A stretch of DNA of 64,000 nucleotides from Clostridia bacterium (GTDB lineage Bacteria; Bacillota; Clostridia; Christensenellales; UBA1242): NCBI GenBank assembly GCA_050872785.1, contig JBNMHO010000001.1, positions 22,937 to 86,936 of the forward strand, read 5' to 3'. A model generated the notes under the pieces. That model had not been told where the DNA came from. It saw nothing but the letters and a program-made list of their open reading frames with translations, and did not search any database. Position numbers and translations under genes: made by a program. Shown here in pieces: positions 40,401 to 45,900 of this stretch (its first letter is position 1; every line of letters starts with the position of its first letter).

Positions 40401-42800
40401 TTCAAAGTAGTCGTCAGAGATTTTGCTTGAGCCAGTTGTTCTGCCGTCATGATAAACTGTATAAGGGGTTTTGATTTGCACGTCTTTGCCGCTTGTTATG
40501 TCAAAAACAGTGTAGGTCATGTCATATCTTGTTGCGTCATATGGTCTTGTGGTCAAAAGGAAATTGACTTGTTCTTTTGCTTTGACTTTTGCATAAATAT
40601 TTCTTGTGCCAATGGTGTAGTCGCCAATGCTGCTGTTTGAAGAAATATCCACAATTTCTGCGTCCATACTGACAACTGGATAATACACATTTACTTCAAG
40701 CGAGTAAGTTTGTCTTAAATTTGACGAACCAAGAGAGATTGCAACATTTTTGCCAACGCTTTGTGGGTCAAGAATAATTTTGCCGCCCTCAACTTTTGCC
40801 AAAACGACATTATCTCTAAGCGAAGAAACATAAACATTGCTTAATGTTGCGTCAAGTGGGAAAACATTGAGTGTTAAGATTGCTATGTAATCTTTTGACA
40901 AGTCAAGGTCCAGTGAAGCCTTTGCGTTTTCAAAGATTACGTTTTGCCTGTCGTAAATAATGTAGTCCCCCGTTGTTTCGTCAATTTCTCTGCTTCTTAA
41001 AACAAGGTCATAGCCCGTTATTTCGCTTATGCCTTGAACAAGCGAAAGTTTTACGACACATTCTGCGCTAGATTGTTCTTCGCAAGACACAACTTGCATA
41101 AACACGTCATCACCAATAAACGCTTCGCCCGCTTCTTTTATCTTAAAGTAGAAATTTGTCCCAGCAAGGAATCTATGTCCCTCAAAGCCCGATTGAAGCA
41201 AGTTGCCCTCTGCGTCCATTGAGATTTGGAACATATTTAGCACTTCATCTTCAGAAAGTTTTGAAATGGTGGAACTTTCCGCTTGACGTTTATAGAATTT
41301 AATTTGAAATGCCGTTCTGTTGCTTAAAACATTTAGTGGTTCACCAACTGTAAGAGAAATTTTAACACCAAGTGAAGCGTCAAAGTTTGTCATGAGTTCG
41401 GTGCCATAGCAGTTATTTTCAACAAAGTTTCCTTCAATGTTGTTGTTTTGCAAAATGTTGCCATTTGCTGCGTAGTTATTTACAACAGTATAACATTTTG
41501 TTCTGAGAGTTGCAGAGGTTGCAAATTCTTCGTTTGCATAGTCCACATATTCACAACGGAAAAGCATGTCATATGTGCCTTGTGGATAGTTTGCCGAGCC
41601 TTCGGTTGACTTAACTTTTGAAGGAACAAGCCTTATGTAGCAAAGTGCATAAGTCGAGTGAGAGATATTTCCTTCTGTTGTAATTTCGCCGTCAGCGTTG
41701 AAATATCTTATAGGCAGACTGTTTTGTCCAAAGGTCAAGCCATAGTTTTCATAATTTGGTTGAACGCTCACAGTGAATGGGCAAAGTGAGTCCTCAACGC
41801 TAAAAATATTAAGTTTTTTGCCATTTGTGTCAACTCGCAAAACAAAATCTTTGTGAGTTATGGCAATGTTTGTTATAAAATTTATAGTGGATAGAATGTT
41901 ATCGCTATCCCCAACTTTCGAGCCAAGCCCGTTTGATGAGGCTTCGTCAAAAGTATAGATTTCAAAGTTAGATATTTGTGGCAAAAATTCAATCTGTTGA
42001 AGTTGCACCAAGTCATCGCCAAGCGGATTTGAATAAGTTGCCCTTACATAAATTTCACCATTCTCTTGCAAGTCATAATCTTCAAGAAGCGTCAAAACGC
42101 CTGAATTTAAAGATATATTTTTGGCTGCAAGTTGAATAGAAGAATATGGAATAAATCTGTCAAGCAATGTTTCGCCTTCACCAGACAAAACGCCAAGTTC
42201 AAAAGCGACATTTCTCATGCCAAAACTCAAGTCGTTTTCAAGACCGTCTGCTAAGTTTGTTGTTGTGCCACTTTTATAGGAAAGTGCAATTTTGCTTTCC
42301 TTAAATCTGAGTGCAGTAGGCACTTGTGCAACCGAAATATTAACACTTCGTTGCTTGTTCCCTTCAGCACTTAAAACTGTCAAAACAGTTGAGCCCTCTT
42401 GATTTGGAGTGACGGAAAATCTTATACCGCCATCAATATATTGTTTTTTGCCAACTGTCAAAATTGGATTTGAAAGACTGACACCGATGTCGCTGTTGAA
42501 GTCATCTGGAGTGCCTGTGAATGTTGCGTCAATGTAAGCCGAGCCTTGAGCGCTTCCGTAAATGTATAATGTGTAAGACCCGTCCAAATTTTCGTCAACC
42601 ACAGAGTTGTCACTCGCATTTGTCCAACGCTTTGTGCCGTCTTCCAAAGTTCTGGAGGAAAAAGAAGTGAAGCAAAAACTTAGGGACATTCTCAAATCCC
42701 CATATCTTTCCTTGCAACCGAAAATTACAAGCGAAGACACTATCAGCAAAAAAATCATTATCTTGCTAAAAATCTTTTTCATTTCTTCTTCCTCTTTCAA
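25401..42800 (-). CDS. Giant predicted surface lipoprotein (5,799 aa from the TTG; 5,793 aa from the more likely ATG at 42782). It has Ig-like arrays plus six cap+GLUG-type repeat modules.
   Basis: It is a single uninterrupted 17.4-kb ORF. From the ATG at 42782 (RBS AGAGGAAG) the N-terminus reads MKKIFSKIMIFLLIVSSLVIFGC, a signal peptide plus lipobox-like IFGC. GG[ILV][VA]G repeats recur throughout (YAGGLVGQATNSTFIGCINYAEV...VYVGGLVGQMISGEI). Cap motifs of the form ..L..L...NSG...DIDLSGK.W.PIG....F.G.F.G.G..I recur as well. Confidence 0.85.
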   Translation of the reverse strand: MKEEEEMKKIFSKIMIFLLIVSSLVIFGCKERYGDLRMSLSFCFTSFSSRTLEDGTKRWTNASDNSVVDENLDGSYTLYIYGSAQGSAYIDATFTGTPDDFNSDIGVSLSNPILTVGKKQYIDGGIRFSVTPNQEGSTVLTVLSAEGNKQRSVNISVAQVPTALRFKESKIALSYKSGTTTNLADGLENDLSFGMRNVAFELGVLSGEGETLLDRFIPYSSIQLAAKNISLNSGVLTLLEDYDLQENGEIYVRATYSNPLGDDLVQLQQIEFLPQISNFEIYTFDEASSNGLGSKVGDSDNILSTINFITNIAITHKDFVLRVDTNGKKLNIFSVEDSLCPFTVSVQPNYENYGLTFGQNSLPIRYFNADGEITTEGNISHSTYALCYIRLVPSKVKSTEGSANYPQGTYDMLFRCEYVDYANEEFATSATLRTKCYTVVNNYAANGNILQNNNIEGNFVENNCYGTELMTNFDASLGVKISLTVGEPLNVLSNRTAFQIKFYKRQAESSTISKLSEDEVLNMFQISMDAEGNLLQSGFEGHRFLAGTNFYFKIKEAGEAFIGDDVFMQVVSCEEQSSAECVVKLSLVQGISEITGYDLVLRSREIDETTGDYIIYDRQNVIFENAKASLDLDLSKDYIAILTLNVFPLDATLSNVYVSSLRDNVVLAKVEGGKIILDPQSVGKNVAISLGSSNLRQTYSLEVNVYYPVVSMDAEIVDISSNSSIGDYTIGTRNIYAKVKAKEQVNFLLTTRPYDATRYDMTYTVFDITSGKDVQIKTPYTVYHDGRTTGSSKISDDYFELNCKANAFMFTSDLSNGKTYVVQFKLENLDGTTLEWTFTLSSYVPVEEIDINLSRIEVFDPQSVAYEQKLESGITFDPTNPPENVFGFDVKVNKTSGRTPTKTFEEKSYITIRIDGNIDSVYEVTNGTMTKTSGDNSVLKLLFEGVFGGKYWFELQDNTKNISTIQIEVKIVEFRQSHFARKNISVLKHEQVSDIYADGQTTLRLRDMDIDGDINIPLEIANEKAYNKTLVTQNVSVVTIGGKTMYVVAARGVASASIQNKTNMHATLTISPTGLAGRILIVVLPQDKIYSKAQYEIFSGEMREIELSKEDFTLGVFYVQNAGVYELANEYTEGRKYYAKVVDYSSLLNIWENALVIQLDVENGEDVPYSVSSVQDLLNISQNPTKRYVLTNNIRFDSSRTFSPIGGYFEVNITEEQFANGVYYIKNNLDKYVLQTAYRADQIYYAYGFGGELSGRYEVQDKTSATTHYEYYSIENVYLPSQICSKTFGLFETLHGKVSDIDIKFVFAQPNIANEITFGGIAGINFGEILECTASFSGAILRTNKQTVFGGIAGVNFGKIELSEKQSSSRSLTGDVTIISMGKELLSVGGIAGLNFGEIVGSFARGNADSVSFGDSAYDSNINITVQISGNENALNNININNIPSRIVKMFENFIVGGEDENTSFFIPQSYANISALFAMDRDYSLENAGDGILSGVGGAVGTNFGKISNLSVQGNVSAEDCDFVGGIAGLAVTNEKYNSKITDLNDNYSLSYSYTSSHVLGHHYVGGVVGAARGFLKSSEVVVENVFDIPVGIYDVGAENYVSDEHSRNFVVGKGEVGGFAGKLVGVNAQYLSVTSYHDEYVSQGTTWLANQDNYDVVANETSTGFNLNEINDGLAGGFAGSSDHAKFFACGANVNLWAPSSIASFIFSYMSNEGEYNVANIFGKGVVNASGSSRTWGSLGAGVNFGNNTLSFSKVIDKAGKSTYFVGNTSYSETQFAEQINTKFESSLTQLPWKAEKDTSGNVVGLPMLYISYDVKVGETTVTKSEPLFVLGPVTVNVVTRDNLSSDEGWKYVKLDDKTLMLFFATDEQNSVSSSILTTLNTTKLLELLDITVSPSGAKANKLIVQSSSDLLEVSGENIIVKSIGKEGSETVTLTISSMLSSQNSTYNAKVQIILCYGLSDVNIYANTSFTAPLSENLGIDLLLSETQTVYANPEFVVEVLGEEVNLRAMDNVGLRFEVASDDINPIIENLNGTATSIGNIFTIGSKQWSSVVSNGKIEKYYVNIDATFASFIPLLAIPDGAKLNIKCVPYIYQVVDGERKNFLLEEHSTNFYLSITHGATSIALSNNTQPNFVMNQLQTLSFTIGMATDSVDDKIILDNLLGLSADLGINVGEYQYEFVDEVGKVEIVGPTETRGKTGLRKISQSFTVWFKDKLAGIKQDKNYVFKFHSSINASVGVSVNVKIIGENEVKSVYTNVYADYDDFPQKSSGGYIYSGLADSPAVLGVEVYPYVTNYSNVRLSYTSSTGDLLFMSPITLDLKNEHGKQFVDNASVAVIGADGKSLTVHKSVGQDTFLSNDNGVYSYARSYFFKLFTDSTVTEGTQFVIKIEIINEQGTVILTKEETVYTLRKPGITFSFDKSLLKDDNDTLYYLPINTKNELSVETINYSDNIKWSLSAVDERGNAYAKFSEIKEALEPTKENGKYYVQVLKYGEIFNTDLVGKTVTLRGEITNNKQTYSYEVKFVVTLFTVKNISVQNAENNSLKVKVATTTPLKLNVSAYYDDSVNAENSWYDDWYQNIGTKAGEREKDSLYKNLTNAGYEVKQYFVDYLNDFADSVAKVTTNNQGTISGVFKSEDGSQLVSGNKYLEETFGVEKFKDYFALYGLRANRTFNIIFDSQISYSAKNTLDSKSAGVPNVCDYLTESYDKIKQFTQTLDVMFVYATELRNAIPVSTADEFLSMQEGKDYRLVNDIVLENYTPLSTKIGSFDGNNKVIFIKSFSYNSSSTGSINLGLFEKIESDVEVSGEKKQIVIQNTTVYYTPNVTEEIFSNGDEITKILEPSLESLRISLPNASSVTFGGIASSNAGVITNANVLGGVKIEINSSDVVSGGTATSLVGGLVGTNEKTGYITNSSVGAKLFRSKAKQGEEKTYDGFDIYCYGKVGGFVGTNSGKIVASYFESGSIEHNSKEEGVGGFVQTNNGEILECYVQGRRSENDKDIRNTGSGIVSRAGIVGGFVYSNNGTISDCYSNIWLSSSGAIAGFVYVDSASSVISRSYSISYKKAGDNNTTAYPFAGPKTLLSTEVCINGVLNDCFFLNDRTKNDKWENTNFYTEGSSDPAKTPANKKAVELSTANFATHTYFTNYDLSLIYNSDGQYANDDKYSYVDGYTWVIIEGKPVLASTLVRTISQRDYLGKKKNYTGYTQIFALQSTSDWKSAKRDNDPSITDYTSSSSGKLLFSKQDNGDTVDFIYPAVETANGNFESLVITYQVVKDGGKTTYVNPVAEYGEDKRVLDIQEGSINDENPKDTNFRANDTITVTFDYENNFISNITYYTLDENNITYYYKGDVSGISFASGNQTNPVTIYDRDSLVYALTNTVSSDDNLDKYFRIICDIDLDGEFLSTSKANFTGVLQGNHMTIDNLSMSYNRWQADQVDKEAFGMFAKITADEKKDTIISNLKLGIVQIVSNVHPYVGALAGIVTGTSVKTDKKVLFNNISIAAADGGYAPVQGRNVVGGLAGYIGKNVIIKDITTDVSVISTFDASGDASEAVRLYLKENSNLSSCSYVGGVVGVFDATSVVDKATKKNYNASNVTVLSGNAFLGGVVGTAFGLLGTDTIANYVNVQVESNDTSFVKAQFYGGGIVGENRGILLSSSARNVDENDSTVSVGKSTLAQYDYFFNAAGTQTVAIGGLVGLNNGGLISNCIGAIDVRSSRTTIVGGAVGRQLAGGIENVIVSGSVMGDKIIGGLVGTFNDKEMIASPESSFSERVMMKDDNMHLALTGYNLAEGSQVICRISNCVAENNWLYEDYDKYVRKIDAITKVAVGGFVGLISTIDNTDENGRTYTWKDKIVFDGQSTYVAAISNGNSKRYLKAAYACETFDYAKEVSENEYTILCNIQGQQSVFPAEQQELYVSTQSSDISYTIKRIPFTTYSDKSSEGDEYKNIIYQIGQVGDKDFSQDSEFYDDIKILEISSSREDYRKKGGSFESGIWYHSNSTDKPVDYTWFAEHFGVVYERYEYYYASDKTIVTGIRKIVDYNNMGSEDKMVVAFGNTYDINFGADNYYTVSYKSMPESSKREIVNSETGKTEEEYPDTTKSKTTFCYIARPTISNFTFDRTFEYKSNNEVKNDIALYGGDESTGAIKKGVNSFESVGLLTDQSTFVLNGLKLFEIKDAGLTLWTEVQENSEYRLSDEMLGEWKGVDLPDGGKIVDITIHVAQAEVDKTWYVSKVILTYEYKGVVVEDNSSKATFLKQSQNPDNPLETTYSLISSAKKSAFKSFDSGYWIFANDFYSGVIPFESKYPQNIEYAETYVWEDFRTTGETGLITEIKTAEDLALFAYLVNSGNDYANQEVQLSADIDLSGKYWIPIGKDANHSFKGKFNGQGRTIKYISVDENSFANSEETKVEYAGLFGYLSGATISSLTLLGGETKGNCAGGLAGVAENSTFSGIANRNNVIGDSYAGGLVGQATNSTFIGCINYAEVKSSNNYNSQNVYVGGLVGQMISGEIKNAEGVETANNGTIQAQSTHNNNFTEHKISLYAGGIVGCAENVKISCDLKNYGNINITTNATNIWAGGLFGKLNTESCAGMFNKGKVSVVNSNRNTTDERSKMYVGGNVGEAITSMLQMSNEEDVTVVCDLVTRLDSYVGGIAGLLSGNLSESYNAKNISFTSKGGDAAYVAGLVGVMSCAEGSNVIAVSDCYNSGKVTTTCGGVGYIAGIVGLCEGETNHVAIKNTLSIGQVSTQSGEGTSFTGAITNFAQNTSLIYRPEKYIVDGVQKVLTFANFFLRGTAVMDGQTQDGLGGELPANYEEEKFAKGRISTTLKEESTYNPEGGKAIWNFGNGVDDATWEWKYATWYPTLANNSPNTIWTDSVEDMVQVGGDYVIDTPEQLANLALLSNSGTLDTKGKTFRLRNAIDLSNKLWIPIGTEEFPFEGTFEGGGYSVYNMTVDGTAVVLSGIKDLKLGGLFGVVRNSKIANLGVISPIVKNVNNAAGVVAKANNTLIQNVYTEIGEAKSCGIVGDLVAGGIVCNLENSLDTQSAKLGLHTSYNNVSVEANAKLTERTQCVGGLVANLKNSSVVNCYNGTNGLISIGSPSKPSETVMVVGSQENGELVNVFNICTNGGKELTATPALFEIVDGEMKKVDGEGVTPVFDNLTSSTSDGKKSTIWAKEYSLNPQGSKGELYPSLRGVGLEWKNTECDSLLSFSTQVDGYKSRVRAAADANDIMFAEEVLGAQELSSKDSSINQIYLISTPQELAWLSLAVNSGMRSAHCEFILTANIDLSGRFFTPIGQSEQTAFCGVFNFNGHTISGLTIDNLSYNYAGLFGWTSNAYIINGYVKDAFVKVESSTSTTNMFVGTVVGYANNTTIKNISVSTAVLAKNVGKVYVGGVAGYVSGTIQYKMENILSRPSTKTLAAGENYIDLSDYNSRIYEEDSTSGASKLKDISINIGGISLSERVFAGGIVGFMSNYNSEATLAGMSYCTNESNVVAMSVGSQPANVYGGGVAGYLANQMAIEACQNSGAIKTSSTLFDAVGGIVGYMFYGTMRNCYSTGYVESCLNSSIKGETSSGSVFSYIGGIVGISIGGTITHTISQSSTYQDVLTGKNIAVGGIIGYSRDKDNFSGDVSVMFDSAGNFGSAQNGIGLSDPAIDKNATVYSSDFTKFSINTADQTLFQPAYWSGSSSAIHLKSQKAYIALTSVFAANISLVEKDVSRSPLVYQEQGNTFRGLLADIDGNYSLEVAKDSEMEAITLTILKLDGTREVITQKTDFGTSESVTVEITNYVKDAVCIFVTVVKK

Positions 42801-42901
42801 TCTGGAATTAAAATTTATGTAAAATTTATCTTTTGTATTTCAATATTTTTTTTCTAAAGCACCCTTAATTTTGTTTAATTTTTCTTTGTTTTTGTGCATT
42901 T

Positions 42902-42949
42902 CAAAATGACTCCTCAAGCGGGCGAGTCACCCGCTCAAGGTCATTTTTT
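42902..42949 (-). terminator. GC-rich intercistronic stem-loop between the two giant genes (weak terminator, attenuator or RNA-stabilising hairpin)
   Basis: The outer arms are AAAATGAC (42903-42910) and GTCATTTT (42940-42947). The inner arms are GCGGG and CCCGC. The minus-strand RNA gains G-U pairs, giving an inner stem of about 11 bp. Only 4 U follow on the minus strand, against 6 on the plus strand. Confidence 0.45.
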
Positions 42950-42960
42950 AAGCGAAGAAA

Positions 42961-45900
42961 TTAAGTTTCTTGTTTAAAAGTAAACTTTTTGATCTCTTGG
43001 TCTATTTTTTCGCTATCCCATGATGTCCCAGTATCGCCCTTACGTTTGTAGGAGTAAAGACTTTGAAGAGTGTAGGCTGATTGAGTTGTTTGTGTTATAT
43101 ACTTATTATCTCCATCGCCTTTATCTCTTGCGTTTCTAACTTTCTCCTCAACTGAACCGTCTGTTGTTGAACCGCCAACATAAGGCAATCCCTCTCCAGT
43201 ATCACACTGCATGTTGTAATAACCTGAAACGACGGGTTCGCTAATGCTGTAACTATACCATTCTGGGCCATTGGCTTCACTTCGTGTCAGATTTCCACTA
43301 AGGCTAGCATTTGCTTTTTTCAGCATTTCTTTATACCACCACGAATCTTCCTCTTTAATTTCACTAACCATTCTTTCTGGCTCTGACGCATTTGTATTTA
43401 GGGTATCATTTCCCTTCTCTGTAGAATACTTTCCATACGGAGTTGCTGCAGCTGTATATTTATTAACTGTTTCCGACCAAGTCCACTCCAGTTTATAATA
43501 AATAATCACATAACGTTCTTTAAGCTCAGAAGACTCTCCTTCTCTTCCAAGCCAATTTATAGAAACACCTGGTTCTTCCCCTTCAATCTTCTTAACTTCT
43601 GGCTTAAAGGTGTCGCTTTCGCCACTTCCTTTTGCAATAATGACACCGTCTGAGTGTTTTGCATGTCCGACATATTGACCACGGCGTTCGTAGATGATAT
43701 CTTTATAGACTTCATCCTTGTCATTGCCCTCTTCATAAGTTTTGTCATTCACTTTTTCAGCATTTTGCTTGTAGTAAGCATAGCCGTTTATGTCGGTTGT
43801 GCTGCTGCTGTTTTCGTCAATATAGGCTGAAGTTGCTTTTCCTATCAAGCCACCTATTGCACCTTTGTAAATTTCATCAAGTGCAGATTGAATAGCACTC
43901 ACATTATCACCCGAAATAGTTGAAGAAATGTTATTAGTTTCCCAAGTTGCCTTTTCTTTTGAAGGATTGTTGCCAGTGTTTGTTGCTGTGCCGCTTGAGG
44001 TGCCACCTGTTTCGCTTGAAGATGAATCACTTGTAGTTGCATTTATGTCATATTGAGCGTTGATTGCTGCAGTGTTTTTTGAACCAACAATTTCATTTTT
44101 GCTGGCATCAGGAGTTGCAGCATAACCTACAAGACCGCCAACATAAATTTCTTTGCCTAGCCCCGTAAGTTCGCCACTATTTTCTGAATTGACAATCGCA
44201 CCGCCTTTCATTGTTCCAACCAAACCGCCAAAGAATACCGGATTTGTTTTGTTTAAAACTTCCAACTGAGCACTGTTCTTGACATCTATAACGGCACCAC
44301 CTTCATTCACTGCCACAATTCCGCCAACAGAAAGACCAGTCTTTGTAAGTGTAATTCCTTTCCCTTCAGTTGAAATTTGGCTTTCACATTGTCCAATGGT
44401 TCCTTTGTTTATGCCAGCGATACCACCAAAGTTATAGTTAATTTTCTCTTCGTTATATGCTTCATCAAAGTTCATTGCAATTATGTTAAACACGTATGCA
44501 CCACTTTCGACCAACCCTACAACGGCGCCAAATGAGTCATGAATTTCTGGTTTGCTTTGTTCTGTTTTGCCATCTGCAGTTCTTTTTGCATAGGTCAAAA
44601 TTTTGGTTTTAACTTTTGCTTTTTCTGTATCGCTTGCCGAACCAAGTTTAGCGCCACTTTCAACCATGCCCGCAAATCCACCGAAATATTCAGCATTTAC
44701 GTCACCAGAACTTTCCATGTCAACACTGAGTGAGAATTCACAACCATTGAGTTTAACTTGTGCATTTTGACCAACGGCACCTACAATAATGCCTGCTGCA
44801 ACTGTTGCTTTCATTTTAAGATGTGAAGAAATAGTCATTCCGCTGTCTGATCCAAATTCAACTGTCTTTTTACCGTTTTCACCAACGTAACCTATAATTC
44901 CACCAACATATTCACCTTGAAGTGTTGCTCCCTCAACTTGGGAAGGTAATTTTGCTGTTGACAAAGTTAGGTCGATTGTGTCAAATATTCCCTCATCTAC
45001 GCGTCCAAAACGACCGCCCACATAACATGCCCCTGATATTTTTTCTAAGCCAAATGTCCCAGTTGGTTCCCACGATGCATTTGCTGAAAAATACCCAGCA
45101 AGACCACCAGCATATTCACCACCTTCTACAACGTTTGCTTGGAAGTTGCCACTCTTAACATCAGATGTTACGCCGACGATTGCGCCAATAGCACCGCCAA
45201 GATACGTTTCCGTATTTTTAAAGGAATTACTATTATTATTCTTTACTGCCGTAACCTTTGAGCCGTCAACAGTCTTAACATTGTTGATAACACCTCTGTT
45301 CATCACACCAACATATGCACCTGCAAAGCCTTTGCTTGTTAGTCTGACGTTTCCACTTGTTGGGGCGTTATCTGCGTTATCTTCAGTTCCGATTTGTGGG
45401 GCATTTTTAACATCATTATCATACACAATGCCAAATTGTCCGCCAGTTTCACCGTCTTTCGCTGCACGGGTGTAACCTTTGTCTGTGCCGCTACTATCTC
45501 TATCTTTTCCAAGGAAACCTACAAGTCCGCCGACGTTTACGCCCGAGATGTCTGGGGCTGTGCCACCTACAAGTTTTCCGCCTGTCATCTTTCCGACCAA
45601 GCCGCCTGCTGCAACTTGATGTGCTTGTTTTATCATGCCGTCAAGTGAAGTAACATCTGTGTCATAGCCATTGTTGTAAATCTTGTAATTTCCTCCGGCT
45701 ACAACTGTATCTTCTTCAGAACTACCGACCTTAACTTTTTCAGCCTCATTATAGGAAGTCCCGCCGTTTGCAAATGAGCAACCGTTGATACTTCCGCCAG
45801 CAAGCCATGCAACTGCACCGCCAACGATTTTCTCGCCGTAGATTTCGGTTTGATAAGTGCCACTTACATTGAATTCGCCGTCATAAGACTCAACAATAGT

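Noticed and set aside
42783-42800. N-terminal extensions from TTG starts in the ORF track. These are MKEEEE on the 5,799-aa protein and MEGK on the small peptide at 8586.
   Set aside because: In-frame ATGs with properly spaced Shine-Dalgarno sequences lie just downstream, at 42782 and 8598. For the AI-2E gene (TTG at 11493 versus ATG at 11475) I could not decide between the two.
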